This document shows, piece after piece, positions 61,965 through 64,000 of a DNA stretch of 64,000 bases. Source of the stretch: Rhynchobatus australiae (lineage: Eukaryota); the NCBI GenBank assembly GCA_034780895.1, contig JAUZTB010000017.1:30956285-31020284 (forward strand), written 5' to 3'. Numbering within the stretch: position 1 is the stretch's first letter; each line of letters starts with the position of its first letter. The position numbers were made by a program, and so were the translations under genes. The notes under the pieces are model-generated. The model was not told the origin of the DNA. It saw only the letters and a list, made by a program, of their open reading frames with translations, and made no database searches.

Positions 61965-63906
61965 CCATTTCCATACTTTATTCCATGGATTGGTTTCACT
62001 GCTGCACTCCCAGTGGCCTCTGTACTGCAGGATGTTACATCTATGAAGGACCCTGATATAATTTTCCTGTAAGTGCTTATGGAAGTGCTAATCACCTTTC
62101 ACAATCAAATTTGCACTTCAAACTGATCGAGTAGTGATTGAATTTCTCAGCTATCAGGTTCATGTTATTACACTTTTCAAAGGAAACACNNNNNNNNNNN
62201 NNNNNNNNNNNNNNNNNNNNNNNNNNNNNNNNNNNNNNNNNNNNNNNNNNNNNNNNNNNNNNNNNNNNNNNNNNNNNNNNNNNNNNNNNNNNNNNNNNNN
62301 NNNNNNNNNNNNNNNNNNNNNNNNAGAGCAGAAAATATGGTTTGTTATAATTGTAACCTACAGAGGGAGACAAGAAGCTGGAATTAATTTGCATTTAATT
62401 TTGAGTTTATAATCTGCTATATGCTGCTGGTGGGTTTAGAATTTTTAGACATATTCAAACTTTGGATTGGAGTAAAATCTGAACACAGAGGTCACAGCAA
62501 AACGTGACTTCCTTCATCCACTGGGGATCCAAGCAATTATTTATTGTCAGATGTCTTCCCGTTATTCACATAATTGCCAGAAAGTTTATATGTTTACAAA
62601 AACATTAAAGTCAACTTCTCAGCCAGATGACGACAACACCATGAAGGCAGTTTCAGGAGAAATCTTCTATTAGGTGTGCTACATGGATTCTGCCCACCCT
62701 TTGTAAGATTAACATTACTTCTAATGTCTCCTATACTAAAATAATTACATGTATATGAACAGTATTTTGAACATCAGGTCTCTTGGCTTGATTTCTTGCA
62801 TTGTAGGTGATAAACAAAGTGAATTTTTGCAGGAGTGTGAGAGTGAGAGAGGAACCCTTTCCTGCCTAGATTGTATTCATCCTTTGTTTGAAGTAATCTT
62901 ATTAAACAGCTCTTTCCTAAATCTTTTACTTACCATTTGCCAGGTGGTAATATTTTAAGTTTTTTGCAGTGACATCAATGGAGACTGATGAATTGCCTAG
63001 CTGATAGCACGCCTTTCTGTTGGGCAGTGTCCATAATTGTACTTTATAGTGTAGTACTTATGCTAACATGCATACCTAAACGGTTACTTGTAGTTAAAAA
63101 TATTTATTCCACATTACATTGCAATGTGTGATTTCACTGATAATTGTTTCACTGTGTAGATCAAAGTTGATATGCCATACTTTATTGAATTGCACTGTTT
63201 AATGTGGTCCATAAGCATTGTGACTGGGTTTATCTCCATATCTAAAAACAAACAAGTCATGTAATCATGAATCAAAGGCAGAGGAAAATAAAAGGAGATA
63301 GCATAATCAAAATGGAACATGAACAATTCCACATCCTACCAGCAGCACAGCCAATGTTACTGGTAGCACTTAATTCACAGTAACACTACTTGTAATAATT
63401 AGTAACACAGTTAGGTTCATCTCGTGTGCTTCAGTGAAAGCATGGCTTGTAGATCTGCCTCTAAGCATGGACAACTGCATGTGTCATTTGCCATCTGTAG
63501 CTAGACTAAGATTTGGTTAATTTTGGTTCTGGAGTGTCATTGTTGTATGTTGATCAGCTTCCCTTTAGTTCTGAAGATTAGTGGCACTCCTGTGGAAGTT
63601 CGCTGGAAATGAGATGCAACATTTTAGCAATGAAGATTGAGAAGCATATGGCCAGTGGCATAGCCAAATTTCTCCTGAGAAAGTAGAGGCTCTAGTGAGT
63701 TTTCTTGGTTTTGGCGTCTGTGGTTGGACTAGGNNNNNNNNNNNNNNNNNNNNNNNNNNNNNNNNNNNNNNNNNNNNNNNNNNNNNNNNNNNNNNNNNNN
63801 NNNNNNNNNNNNNNNNNNNNNNNNNNNNNNNNNNNNNNNNNNNNNNNNNNNNNNNNNNNNNNNNNNNNNNNNNNNNNNNNNNNNNNNNNNNNNNNNNNNN
63901 NNNNNA

Positions 63907-64000
63907 TGACCAGCCTTTTTGTTTTGCTGACATCTATCTCCTTCCTGTATGCCAACTTATTGTTATTTGCGATTTGGCCCACTATGTTGTTGTTATCTGC
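63907..64000 (-). mobile_element. Rex1/Babar RT fragment
   Basis: Minus strand ADNNNIVGQIANNNKLAYRKEI..VSKTKRL, similar to 92-230. Confidence 0.65.

Overview
Repeat-rich vertebrate genomic DNA from a gapped draft assembly. The repeat repertoire (HE1/V-SINEs, DeuSINE, CR1, Rex1/Babar) points to a cartilaginous fish, probably a batoid (inference). The only host coding sequence I recognise is the large first coding exon of phospholipase C epsilon 1 (PLCE1, + strand; exon ~10668-12282, CDS from ATG 11086 to the GT donor at 12283). No downstream PLCE1 exon is visible, so the rest is probably intron. It holds decayed LINEs (Rex1/Babar, CR1, L2, L1, RTE), SINEs, a CsRn1-clade Gypsy LTR element with a related solo LTR, a second LTR pair, and a Harbinger transposase relic. 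The most notable non-coding signal is a dispersed short repeat (about 12-14 copies, both strands) whose consensus is a minimal type I hammerhead ribozyme of the Penelope-like-element kind, with compensatory stem changes between subfamilies. There is also an isolated pre-miRNA-sized hairpin at 52694-52754. All family assignments come from reading the sequence and remembered motifs; no searches were run, and repeat boundaries are approximate.
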